Part shown: positions 12,894-23,944 of the stretch, piece after piece | Layout: the number at the start of each line of letters is the position of its first letter | Numbering within the stretch: position 1 is the stretch's first letter | Origin: Malacoraja senta | Taxonomy: Eukaryota | NCBI GenBank assembly: GCA_038087875.1 | Contig: JAXLNO010000462.1 | Span: 310,001 to 374,000 of the forward strand | DNA: 64,000 nt | Reading direction: 5' to 3' | Program-made: the position numbers and the translations under genes | The notes under the pieces: model-generated | Database searches by the model: none | The model's input: only the letters and a program-made list of their open reading frames with translations | What the model was told of the DNA's origin: nothing

Positions 12894-14335
12894 ACGGCGC
12901 ATGTTGTTCCATTGTTTAAAAAGGGGTCTAAGGGTAAACCTAGCAATTATAGACCTGTTAGTTTGACGTCAGTGGTGGGCAAATTAATGGAGAATACTTA
13001 GAGATAATATATATAAGCATCTGGATAAACAGGGGATGATTAGGAACAGTCAACATGGATTTGTGCCTGGAAGGTCATGTTTGACTAATCTTGAATTTTT
13101 TGAAGAGGTTACTCGGGAAATTGATGAGGGTAAAGCCGTGGATGTTGTATATATGGACTTCAGTAAGGCCTTTGACAAGGTTCCTCACGGAAGGTTGGTT
13201 AAGAAGGTTCAATGGTTGGGTATTAATGGTGGAGTAGCAAGATGGATTCAACAGTGGCTGAATGGGAGATGCCAGAGAGTAATGGTGGATGGTTGTTTGT
13301 CAGGTTGGAGGCCAGTGACTAGTGGGGTGCCACAGGGATCTGTGTTGGGTCCACTGTTGTTTGTCATGGACATCAATGATCTGGATGATGGTGTGGTAAA
13401 TTGGATTAGTAAGTATGCAGATGATACTAAGATAGGTGGTGTTGTGGATAATGAAGTAGATTTTCAAAGTCTACAGAGAGATTTATGCTGGTTGGAAGAG
13501 TGGGCTGAAAGATGGCAGATGGAGTTTAATGCTGATAAGTGTGAGGTGCTACATCTTGGCAGGACAAATCAAAATAGGACGTACATGGTAAATGGTAGGG
13601 AATTGAAGAATGCAGGTGAACAGAGGGATCTTGGAATAACTGCACAGTTCCCTGAAAGTGGAATCTCATGTAGATAGGGTGGTAAAGAAAGCTTTTGGTG
13701 TGCTGGCTTTTATAAATCAGAGCATTGAGTATAGAAGTTGGGATGTAATGTTAAAATTGTACAAGGCATTGGTGAGGCCAATTCTGGAGTATGGTGTACA
13801 ATTTTGGTCGCCTAATTATAGGAAGGATGTCAACAAAATAGAGAGAGTACAGAGGAGATTTACTAGAATGTTGCCTGGGTTTCAGCAACTAAGTTACAGA
13901 GAAAGGTTGAACAAGTTAGGGCTTTATTCTTTGGAGCGCAGAAGGTTAAGGGGGGACTTGATAGAGCTCTTTAAAATGATGAGAGGGATAGACAGAGTTG
14001 ACGTGGATAAGCTTTTCCCACTGAGAGTAGGGAAGATTCAAACAAGGGGACGACTTGAGAATTAAGGGACAGAAGTTTAGGGGTAACATGAGGGGGAACT
14101 TCTTTACTCAGAGAGTGGTGGTTGTGTGGAATGAGCTTCCAGTGAAGGTGGTGGAGGCAGGTTCGTTTTTATCATTTAAAAATAAATTGGATAGTTATAT
14201 GGACGGGAAAGGAATGGAGGGTTATGGTCTGAGCGCAGGTATATGGGACTAGGGGAGAATACGTGTTCGGCACGGACTAGAAGGGTCGAGATGGCCTGTT
14301 TCCGTGCTGTAATTGTTATATGGTTATTATATGGT
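12894..14335 (+). mobile_element. CR1 LINE (second subfamily, ggttatat tail) nested in DNA transposon copy 1
   Basis: ORFs 13036-13677 and 13658-14065 with [13 protein letters not shown]. Confidence 0.92.
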
Positions 14336-14999
14336 TATTACAGAATTCATTTTAACGGCAAATCAATGCTCTTAATATGGAGTATCAGTACTGTAGTTAT
14401 TTAATGAGCAACATTCATAACTATACGTACGCATATATGTTACCATGGTCCAGGATTTATTGACACAGGTTGATCATACGCTGAATAATCCAACCACATT
14501 TTTGTTTGGAAGTGGAAAGAACTAATAGAAATTGCATTCAATGCAATGTGTAAAAAGAGTTGAGATACTGTCTTATAATTTTGCTGCATGTCATTGTGGG
14601 ATATATCATGTCTTGATTGGTGAATATGTTTAGTTTGTGACTTTATTTGAAGCAGAAATAATATGTGAATGCTTCATTGAGTATAATTCCGACTGGTAAC
14701 TACGCACTTCGTCCGAGCACATTATCGCACGCGTCATGCAAACCGTCTTAAATGACCACCTAAACTGTCATTTGGCAACCTAAAAAGCTGCCAAGGTTGC
14801 CCGGCTGGCAACAGGGGGAAAAAGTTAAGCGAGAGCCCTGCAACTAACACACACACACAACTAACACACACACACACAACTAAGTTAGGATGGGGTAGAA
14901 ACCAGTGCCTCCCCAGCCATTGACCTCACCGCACGTCACTGATTAGAACGTGTCAAGGGTTATGGGGAGAAGGAAGGAAAATTTGGTTAGGAGGCAGAG

Positions 15000-15650
15000 A
15001 TAGAAAGATAAAAGATAGGTGCACGAGTAGGCCATTCTGCCCTTCGAGCCAGCACCATTCAATGTGATCATGGCTGATCATCCATAATCAGTACCCCATT
15101 CCTGCTTTCTCCCCATATGGTTATATGGTTATATCCCTTGATTCCATTAACCCTAAGAGCTAAATCTAACTCTCTCAAAAACATCCAGTGAATTGGCCTC
15201 CACTGCCTTCTGTGGCAGGGAATCCCACAGATTCACAACTCTCTGGGTGGAAAAGTCTCTCCTGATTTTAGTCCGAAATGGCCAATCCCTTATTCTTAAA
15301 CTGTGTGACCCCTGGTTCTGGACTCCCCCAACATCAGGAACATGTTTCCTGCATCTAGCTTGTTCAATCCTTTAGTAATCTTATATGTTTCAATAAGATC
15401 CCTTCTCATCTTTCTAAATTCCAGTGAATACAAGCCCAGTCGCTCCATTCTTTCATCGTATGACAGTCCCGCCATCCCGATTAACCTTGTAAACCTACGC
15501 TGACTCCCTCAATAGCAAGAATGTCCTTCCTCAAATTTGGAGACCAAAACTGCACACAATACTCCAGGTGTGGTCTCACTAAGGCTCTGGACAACTGCAG
15601 AAGGATCTCTTTACTCCTGAACTGAAATCTTCCTACTATGAAGGCCTTGA
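15000..15650 (-). mobile_element. Decayed CR1 3' fragment
   Basis: Reverse complement of the CR1 RT tail and 3' UTR. Confidence 0.8.
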
Positions 15651-15772
15651 AGATCAGCCATGATGAATGGAGGAATGGACTCGATGGGCAGAATGACCTA
15701 ATGCTACAATAACATGTGACTCCTGAAATGTAAAAAAGTAACTGACTTTCAATTTATCTCTGTTTATTCCAG

Positions 15773-15888
15773 GGTTATAGAACGTGTGTGCATTGGACAG
15801 TCTGCCATTTTCATCAGCAACTCTCATCTTCCCACCGTCACAGTCCACAACGGTTCCCATTCCTATTTCTGCGTCATCGTTACCGACC
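15773..15888 (+). CDS. TCTN3: Tectonic-3-like exon B: VIERVCIGQSAIFISNSHLPTVTVHNGSHSYFCVIVTD
   Basis: ttattccAG / GTAAGT; 116 nt, phase 2 to 1; resembles recalled TCTN3 WVCVDNSVIFRSNS...QFCVHV. Confidence 0.88.
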
Positions 15889-15896
15889 GTAAGTTT

Positions 15897-16252
15897 CGTT
15901 TAGTTTGGAGATACAGCATGGAAACAGGCCCTTCGGCCCACCGAGTCCATGTCAACCAGCGATTGCCCGTTCACACACTAGTTTAGTTTAGAGATACAGC
16001 GCGGAAACAGGCCCTTCCTTCGGCCCGCCGAGTCCATGCCGACCAGCGATCCCCGCGCACTTAACACTATCCTACACACACTCGGGACAATTTACAATTT
16101 ATACCAAGCCAATTGACCTACAAACCCGCACGTCTTTGATGTGTGGGAGGAACCCGGAGCACTCCGAGAAAACCCACACGGGTCATGGGGAGAACGTGCA
16201 AACTCCGTACAGGCAGCACCCGTAGTCAGGTTGGAAGCCGGGTCCCTGGCGG
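15897..16252 (-). mobile_element. HE1-like V-SINE (tRNA head partly lost, tail duplicated)
   Basis: (gttta)n tail, gatacagcgcggaaacaggcccttcggccc, V-SINE core acccacacgggtcatggggagaacgtgcaaactcc. Confidence 0.8.
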
Positions 16253-16558
16253 GTTGTTATCACGTACAGTGAAAAGCTTTTTTGTCTACCGACTACACAT
16301 TCTCTCCCCTCCCTTTCTCTCTTGTATATAAGGGCCTGTTACTATGTCGATCGCTCTAACCAGAACTCTGTTAACTCTCTAACTCCCTAATCCAGAAAGT
16401 GTTCTGGTAAACCACTGCACCCTCCCTGTAGATTGGAGGATAGCTAATGTTATCCCGCTTTTCAAGAAAGGGGCGAGAGAGAAAATGGTGAATTATAGAC
16501 CAGTTAGCCTGACTTCGGTGCTGGGAAAGATGCTGGAGTCAATTATTAAAGAGGTAAT

Positions 16559-17470
16559 CAAAAGTGCTGGAGAAACTCAGCGGGTGCAGCAGCATCTATG
16601 GAGCGAAGGAAATAGGCAACGTTTCGGGTCGAAACCCTTCTTCAGACTGATGGAGGGTGGGAGGGGGGGGGCGGGGAGAAGAAAGGAAAAAGGGAGAGGA
16701 GGAGCCCGAGGGCTGAGGGAGAGCTGAGAAGGGGAGGACACAGCAAGGGCTACCGGAAATTGGAGAATTCAATGTTTATGCCATTAGGGTGCAGACTGCC
16801 CAAACGGAATATGAGGTGCTGTTCCTCCAATTTCCGGTGGTGTTCACTCTGGCCATGGAGGAGGCGCAGGACAGAGAGGTCGGATTGGGAATGGGAGGGG
16901 GGGGGTGAAGTGCTGAGCCACCAGGAGATCAGGTTGGTTAATGCGGACTGAGCGGAGGTGTTCGGTGAAACGGTCGCCAAGCCTACGCTTGGTCTCACCG
17001 ATGTAGATCAGCTGACATCTAGAGCAGCGGATGCAATAGATGAGGTTGGAGGAGATGCAGGTGAACCTCTGTCACACCTGGAACGACTGCTTGGGTCCTT
17101 GAATGGAGTCGAGGGGGGAGGTAAAGCGACAAGTGTAGCATCTCTTGCGGTGGCAAGGGAAAGTGCCCGGGGAGGGGGTGGTGTGGGAGGGAAGGGAAGA
17201 ATTGACCAGGGAGTTACGGTGGGAGCGGTCTTTGCGGAAAGCAGACGGGGGGGAGAAGAGAAGATGTGGCGAAAATGACGGAGGAATATTTGTTGTATGT
17301 GTCGGCTAGTGGGTTGAAAGGTGAGGACTAGGGGGACTGCCCTTGTTACGAGTGGGGGGATGGGGAGAGAGAGCAGTGTTACGGGGTATGGAAGAGACCC
17401 TGGTGTGAGCCTCATCTATAGCAGGGGAGGGGAACCCCGGTTCCCTGAAGAATGAGGACATTTCCGATCA
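16559..17470 (-). mobile_element. Penelope-like element 3' fragment: GIY-YIG endonuclease region plus terminal segment with hammerhead core
   Basis: Minus-strand NLIYCIRCSRCQLIYIGETKRRLGDRFTEHLRS and RKLEEQHLIFRLGSLHPNGINIEFSNF; core at 16618-16645; flanking duplication aaagaggtaat (16548-16558, 17471-17481). Confidence 0.9.
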
Positions 17471-18161
17471 AAAGAGGTAATAATGGGGCATTTGGATAGC
17501 GGTAAAAGGATTAGTCCGTCAACATGGATTTATGAAAAGAAAATCATGCTTGACTAATCTTCTGGAATTTTTTGAGGATGTGACAAGTAAAATGGGTGAA
17601 GGGGAGCCAGTGGATGTAGTGTATCTAGACTTTCAGAAAGCCTTTGATAAGGTCCCGCACGGAAGACTGGTGACTAAAATTAGAGCACATGGTATTGGGG
17701 GTAGGGTGTTGACGTGGATGGAAAATTGGTTGGCAGAGAGTAGGAGTGACGGGTCCTTTTCAGAATGGCAGGCAGTGGCGAGTGGAGTGCCACAAGGCTC
17801 GGTGTTGGGGCCGCAACTGTTTACCATATATATTAATGAATTGGAAGAGGGAATTAAAAGCAACACTAGCAGGTTTGCGGATGACACAAAGCTGGGTGGC
17901 AGTGTGAACTGTGAAGAGGATGTTAGGAAGTTGCAGGTGACCTGGACAGGTTGAGTGAGTGGGCAGATGCGTAGCAGATGCAGTATAATATAGATAAATG
18001 TGAGATTATCCACTTTGGCGGCAAAAACAAGGGGGCAGATTATTTTCTCAATGGGGTTAGGTAAGGGGGAGGTACAGCGAGACCTGGGTCACTGAAAGTT
18101 GGCGTGCAGGTACAGCAGGCAGTGAAGAAAGCTAATGGAATGTTGGCCTTCATAACAAGAG

Positions 18162-21100
18162 CAGGGCTCGAAATTAGCGGTTGCCCGGGTGCCCGTGACC
18201 ACTCAAAGCGCCGCTGGGCAACTTAAACGCCAAGTCATTTTGCCCGGCTTGGCAACCAGATACTGGTTGGTACCGAAGATAGACACAAAAAACTGGAGTA
18301 ACTCCGCGGGTCAGGCAGCATCTCTGGAGAAAAGGAACGCGACGTTTCGTGTCGACGGCGGCTGTGCGGGGCAAATATACTAGGTGCGGGGTGAGGAAGG
18401 GTCGGAGCGAATGACGGGCCCCGAACAGCGGCAGCAGCGGCTGCGACAGCGGCTCCATCTCCTCCTCCCTGATAGAGGCCGCTGCATGTTTCAAAACAAA
18501 CTCCCGCACGCCGAGGCCTCCACCTCCCTCCCTCCTTCCGGCCTCGGCGTGCGGGAGGGTTTGTTTTGAAACAAGCAGCGGCCGCTATCAGGGAGGAGGA
18601 GGAGATGGAGCCGCTGCTGCCGCTGTGCAGGGCCCGTCATTCACTCCGATCCTTCTGAAGCAGCTGCACCAAAGATCGTACAGCTATAGGATCTCTGAGC
18701 TGCACCGCTCGGCCCCGCACCTTGCTGTTGGCTGGCGGAGGAGGGTGGCGAGGAGTTCCCAACGGCCAAGGCAGCGGACTGATGTTGTCCGAGGAGCGCT
18801 GACCTTCCTTCCTCCCCACCTCGCTCCCTCTCTCTCTCTCTCTCTCCCTCTCTTGTAGGCCCCCTCCACCCCCCCCTTATCCTGGGAACCCTCCACTCCA
18901 TCCCGCACTGATCCCCATTCCCGACTCTATTCAGTCCTCACTGACATCCCATGTGCTCCCCTCCCCATCAACCCCACTCCCCCCATCCTGCGCTGATCAC
19001 CCTATCCACCTCGCATTGATTCTCCTGCCACCCACCCCCCCCCCCCCATCCATCCTCCACTGGTTCCCCAATTCACCCTGTACTTACCCCTTTCCCATCC
19101 ATCCTGCACTTCTCCTCCATCCATCCTGTACTAATCCACGCATTCATCCCGTACTAACCCACCCTCCATTTACCCTGCACCTTCCCCTCATTCATCCTGT
19201 AGTGATCCCCCATCATTCTGTACAGACCCTCCGATCCACACTGTACTGACCCCCCCCCCATTCATCCTGCGCTGATCTCTCCCCCATCCATCCTGTACTG
19301 ATCCTCCCATTCAAGAAGAATGGGGGGAACAGTCTGAAGAAGGGTCTCGACCCGAAATGTTGCCTATTTCCTTCGCTCCATAGATGCTGCCTCACCCGCT
19401 GAGTTTCTCCAGCACTTTTGTCTACCCCCATCCATCCTGTACTGAACCCCCCCCATTCAACACCACTGACATCCCCCGTGCTCTCCCCTCACAATTTTAC
19501 CTACTCCAACCAACACGTACTAATTCACCGGCCACAATCCACCCATTCTGCACCGACTGCCTTCTAATCCCACCCCCGCCATCTATCCACCCCGCACTGA
19601 TTCACACACACCCACCTCCCTGACCCTATTGTGCTGGAAATGTCTTCAGAGCGAACATTGACTATGTTTGATAACGGAATGCAATCAAATGTGTTTTAAT
19701 TCCCAATGTTATTATTTGTTTTAATCCATAAAGATGGATTAATTAAATTGTGAACACATGAAACATTAAAACCGCAGTGTTCGATTGTCACTGCTGCCGT
19801 TAACACGTTATTACAGAATTCATTTTAACGGCAAATCAATGCTCTTAATATGGAGTATCAGTACTGTGGTTATTTAATGAGCAACATTCACAACTGTACG
19901 TTGGATTTATCCAGGTTTTACTTCTACAGTCAATCATATACATCACAAATTTGGTCAGGAGATATTTCAGTTGAAATTTTAACGTTAATTCTGAAGTGGG
20001 AATGATGGAAACAGCGTTTATCAATATTTTATTTTAAATCTGGTGCATACAAACTGGGTATCTTCATTGCTGTTCACAACACGTACATTTAATTTGAATG
20101 TCCGGTAATGTGGCATCTTGACACCTTTAAATATATTACCAAAAGAATTGCTGCAGTTATGTCCTTTGGCCATCTCTTGTCGGCTAGTGTAATGTTTAAC
20201 CTGTCAGATGCGTATAGTTAGTTTTAACAGCTATTATCATAAAATGCCTTTAGAAATGTCCTTGCAACCTGTATATTTTGTTGTGGATAAATTATGTGGG
20301 AAGCAAGAGTGTTTCTGTACCAATAGCAATAACGACCCATGCTATGGCCATGTTATGGTAATTTTCGGTCCTTCACAGAAACATGCTTGCATCAATCAAT
20401 CTGTAGTGTGCATGGTTAAGCATATATGTTATCATGGTCCAGGATTTATTGACACAGGTTGATCATATGCTGAATAATCCAACCACATTGTTGTTTGAAA
20501 GTGGAAAGAACTAATAGAAATTGCATTCATTGTAATGTGTAAAAAGAGTTGAGATACTGTCTTATAACCATATAACCATCACAGCACGGAAACAGGCCAT
20601 CTCGGCCCTTCAAGTCCGTGCCGAACACTTTATTTATTTATTTATTTATTTTTAACTTCCCCCTAGTCCCATCTACCTGCACTCAGACCATAACCCTCCA
20701 TTCCTTTCCCGTCCATATACCCATCCAATCTATTTTTAAAGCATAAAATCGATCCTGCCTCCACCACTTCCACTGGAAGCTCATTCCACACAGCTACCAC
20801 TCTCTGAGTAAAGAAGTTCCCCCTAATGTTACCCCTAAACTTCTGTCCCTTAATTCTCAAGTCATGTCCCCTTGTTTGAATCTTCCCTACTCTCAATGGA
20901 AAAAGCTTATCCACGTCAACTCTGTCAAACCCGCTCATAATTTTAAAGACCTCTATCAAGTCCCCTCTTAACCTTCTGCGCTCCAAAGAATAAAGACCTA
21001 ACTTGTTCAACCTTTCTCTGTAACTTAGTTGCTGAAACCCAGGCAACATTCTAGTAAATCTCCTCTGTACTCTCTATTTTGTTGACATCCTTCCTATAAT

Positions 21101-21899
21101 TAGGCGACCAAAATTGTACTCCATACTCCAGAATTGGCCTCACCAATGCCTTGTACAATTTTAACATTGTATCCCAACTTCTATATTCAATGCTCTGATT
21201 TATAAAGGCCAGCACACCAAAAGCTTTCTTTACCACCCTATCTACATGAGATTCCACCTTCAGGGAACTATGCACAGTTATTCCTAGATCCCTCTGTTCA
21301 ACTGCATTCCTCAATTCGCTACCATTTACCATGTACGTCCTATTTTGATTTGTCCTGCCGAGATGTAGCACCTCACATTTATCAGCATTAAACTCCATCT
21401 GCCAACTTTCAGCCCACTCTTCCAAATGGCCTAAATCTCTCTGTAGACTTTGAAAATCTACTTCATTATCCACAACACCACCTATCTTAGTATCATCTGC
21501 ATACTTACTAATCCAATTTCCCACACCATCATCCAGATCATTGATGTACATGACAAACAACAGTGGACCCAACACAGACCCCTGAGGCACCCCACTAGTC
21601 ACCCCTCAGATTGAGATTAATTCATTCCCACTTCACTAATATAATTTTACTGCATGTCATTGTGGGATATATCATGTCTTGATTGGTGAATATGTTTAGT
21701 TTGTGACTTTATTTGAAGCAGAAATAATATGTGAATGCTTCATTGAGTATAATTCCGACTACGCACTTCGTCCGAGCACATTATCGCACGCGTCATGCAG
21801 GCCATCTTAAATGACCACCTAAACTGTCATTTGGCAACCTAAAAAGCTACCAAGGTTGCCCGGCTGGCAACAGGGAAAAAAAGTTAAGCGAGAGCCCTG
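18162..21899 (+). mobile_element. Non-autonomous hAT-like DNA transposon, copy 2 (complete ends, 5-bp TSD aagag)
   Basis: aagag|cagggctcg ... gagagccctg|aagag inside a CR1 whose sequence reconstitutes on removal. Confidence 0.9.
20566..21603 (-). mobile_element. CR1 LINE 3' fragment nested in DNA transposon copy 2
   Basis: ORFs 20663-21049 and 21051-21602. Confidence 0.9.
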
Positions 21900-22919
21900 A
21901 AGAGGATTTCAGTATAGGAGTAAAGAGGTTCTTCTGCAGTTGTGTAGGGCTCTGGTAAGACCACATCTGGAGTATTGTGTACAGTTTTGGTCTCCTAATT
22001 TGAGGAAGGACATCCTTGTGATTGAGGCAGTGCAGCGTAGGTTCACGAGATTGATCCCTGGGATGGCGGGACTGTCATATGAGAAACGATTGAAAAGACT
22101 AGGCTTGTATTCACTGGAGTTTAGAAGGATGAGGGGGAATCTTATAAAAACATATAAAATTATAAAAGGACTGGACAAGCTAGATGCAGGAAAAATGTTC
22201 CCAATGTTGGGCGAGTCCAGAACCAGGGGCCACAGTCTTAGAATATAGGGGAGGCCATTTAAGACTGAGGTGAGAAAAAACTTTTCCACCCAGAGAGTTG
22301 TGAATTAGTGGAATTCCCTGCCACAGAGGGCAGTGGAGGCCATATCACTGGATGGATTTAAGAGAGAGTTAGATAGAGCTCTAGGGGCTAGTGGAGTCAA
22401 GAGATATGGGGAGAAGGCAGGCACGGGTTATTGATTGGGGATGATCGGACAATCAGCCGAATGGCCTTTTGCACCTATTTTCTATTTTCTCTCCCCCCCT
22501 CTCCAAAACTATAGCCCTCTGATTAAAGACATTTCTCCTTTTCTCCTTCCTTTAATTCAGAGGCTGTGACCTCTGGTCTTAGACTCTCCCAGCCTCAACT
22601 ACCTCCTCCGGCAGCTCGTTCCATACACCCACCACCCTCTGTGTGGAATCTCCCCCCCCCCCCCCCCACCCCAGTCAGGATCGAGCCCGGGTCTCTGTCG
22701 CTGTGAGGCGGCAACTCTACCGCTGCGCCACAGTCACACCCAACATCTGTGGAGAATGTGGACAGGTACAAAGTGCTGGAGTAACTCAGCGGGTCTCAAC
22801 CTGACACGTCACCTGTCTATGTTCTCCAAAGATCCCTCTGTACATGTGTTTGGATGATTGACTGAATACAGAACATTGTATGGTGTGGGAAGGTGAAGGA
22901 GTTACAATGGTTTGTAATT

Positions 22920-23220
22920 ATCTCTCTGTCTCTGTCCCTCTCACTCCCTCTGTCTATCACACTCTTTCTCTCTCTGTCTCCCTCTCTCTTTCTCTCCCCC
23001 CTCTCTCTCTGTCTCTCTCTCTCCCTCTCTCTGTCTCCCTCTCTCTCCCTTTCTCTCTGTCTTTCTCTCTCTCTCTCTCCCCCTCTCTCTGTCTCCCTCT
23101 CCGTGTCTCTCTCCCCCTCTCTGTCTCTCTCTCTCTCCCTCTCTCTGTCTCTCTCCCCTCCCTCTTTCTCTGTCTCTCTCTCTCTCTCCCTCTGTCTCTC
23201 TCCCCTCTCTGTCTCCCTCC
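22920..23220. repeat. (CT)n-rich tract directly upstream of exon C
   Basis: Direct reading. Confidence 0.9.
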
Positions 23221-23226
23221 TTGCAG

Positions 23227-23354
23227 CCAAGACAAATTACTTTGTCAGTCCACAGTCCGTTACCAGAGAGAGATTCCCACAGTTGTCTGCTCAATACGGC
23301 GGTAACTCCTTCATCTCCCCATCGCAACCGTTGATCTTCGAAAACACAAACAAG
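23227..23354 (+). CDS. TCTN3: Tectonic-3-like exon C: KTNYFVSPQSVTRERFPQLSAQYGGNSFISPSQPLIFENTNK
   Basis: ttgcAG / GTAAGA; 128 nt, phase 1 to 0; resembles recalled NYF...NF..L..EFGGESF. Confidence 0.9.
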
Positions 23355-23900
23355 GTAAGATGCACTTGCACTATCCTACACACACTGGGGACAATTTACA
23401 ATTTTTCCAAAGCCAATTAACTTACAACCCTGCACATCTTTATGGCAACGAATCCCACAGATTCACCACCCTCTGGCTAAAGAAATCCCTCCTCATCTCC
23501 TTCCTAAAGGAACGTCCTTTAATTCTGAGGCTGTGCCCTCTGGTCCTAGACTCCCCCAGCCCCAACTGCCTCCTCTGGCATTCTGTTCCATACACCCAGT
23601 ACCCTTTTTCTGAAAAGGTTACCCCTCAGATTGGGATTAATTCATTCCCACTTCACTTTAAACCTCTGGTCCTCAATTCCCCTGCTCTGGGCAGGAGAAA
23701 ACCCACGCAGGTCACGGGGAGAAGATACAAACTCCGTACAGACAGCACCCGTAGTCGGGATGGGACCAGGGTCTCTGGCGCTGTGAGGCAGCAACTCTAT
23801 CGCTGCGCCACCGTGACGCCCAATACAACATCGTACTGAAGTTCCACGTTACTCATGACGTACAATTGTAATATTCTGTCTTTCTTTTCTCAAAACACAG

Positions 23901-23930
23901 ACCCTGAACATGTCACAAGAATTCTACCGG
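23901..23930 (+). CDS. TCTN3: Tectonic-3-like 30-nt micro-exon: TLNMSQEFYR
   Basis: tttcttttctcaaaacacAG / GTAAGG; phase 0 to 0; supplies the FYR motif expected before exon D. Confidence 0.7.
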
Positions 23931-23944
23931 GTAAGGTATAAAGT

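Larger units (their letters stand above)
6169..14840 (+). mobile_element. Non-autonomous TIR DNA transposon (hAT-like, CAGGGCTC termini), copy 1, expanded by nested CR1, L1 and hammerhead-repeat insertions
   Basis: Starts cagggctcg, ends gagagccctg; subterminal ggttgcccgg repeats; body homologous to copies at 18162-21899 and 59696-62293; flanks taacta/caacta. Confidence 0.85.
16415..22490 (+). mobile_element. CR1 LINE split by a Penelope insertion (16559-17470) and DNA transposon copy 2 (18162-21899)
   Basis: RT sequence resumes across both insertions ([10 protein letters not shown]...QHGF; AFITRG/FQYRSKEVL). Confidence 0.88.

Noticed and set aside
20208..20462. 84-aa Cys-rich ORF as a transposase or captured gene
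   Set aside because: No recognisable motif; the region is deleted in copy 1 and has indels in copy 3
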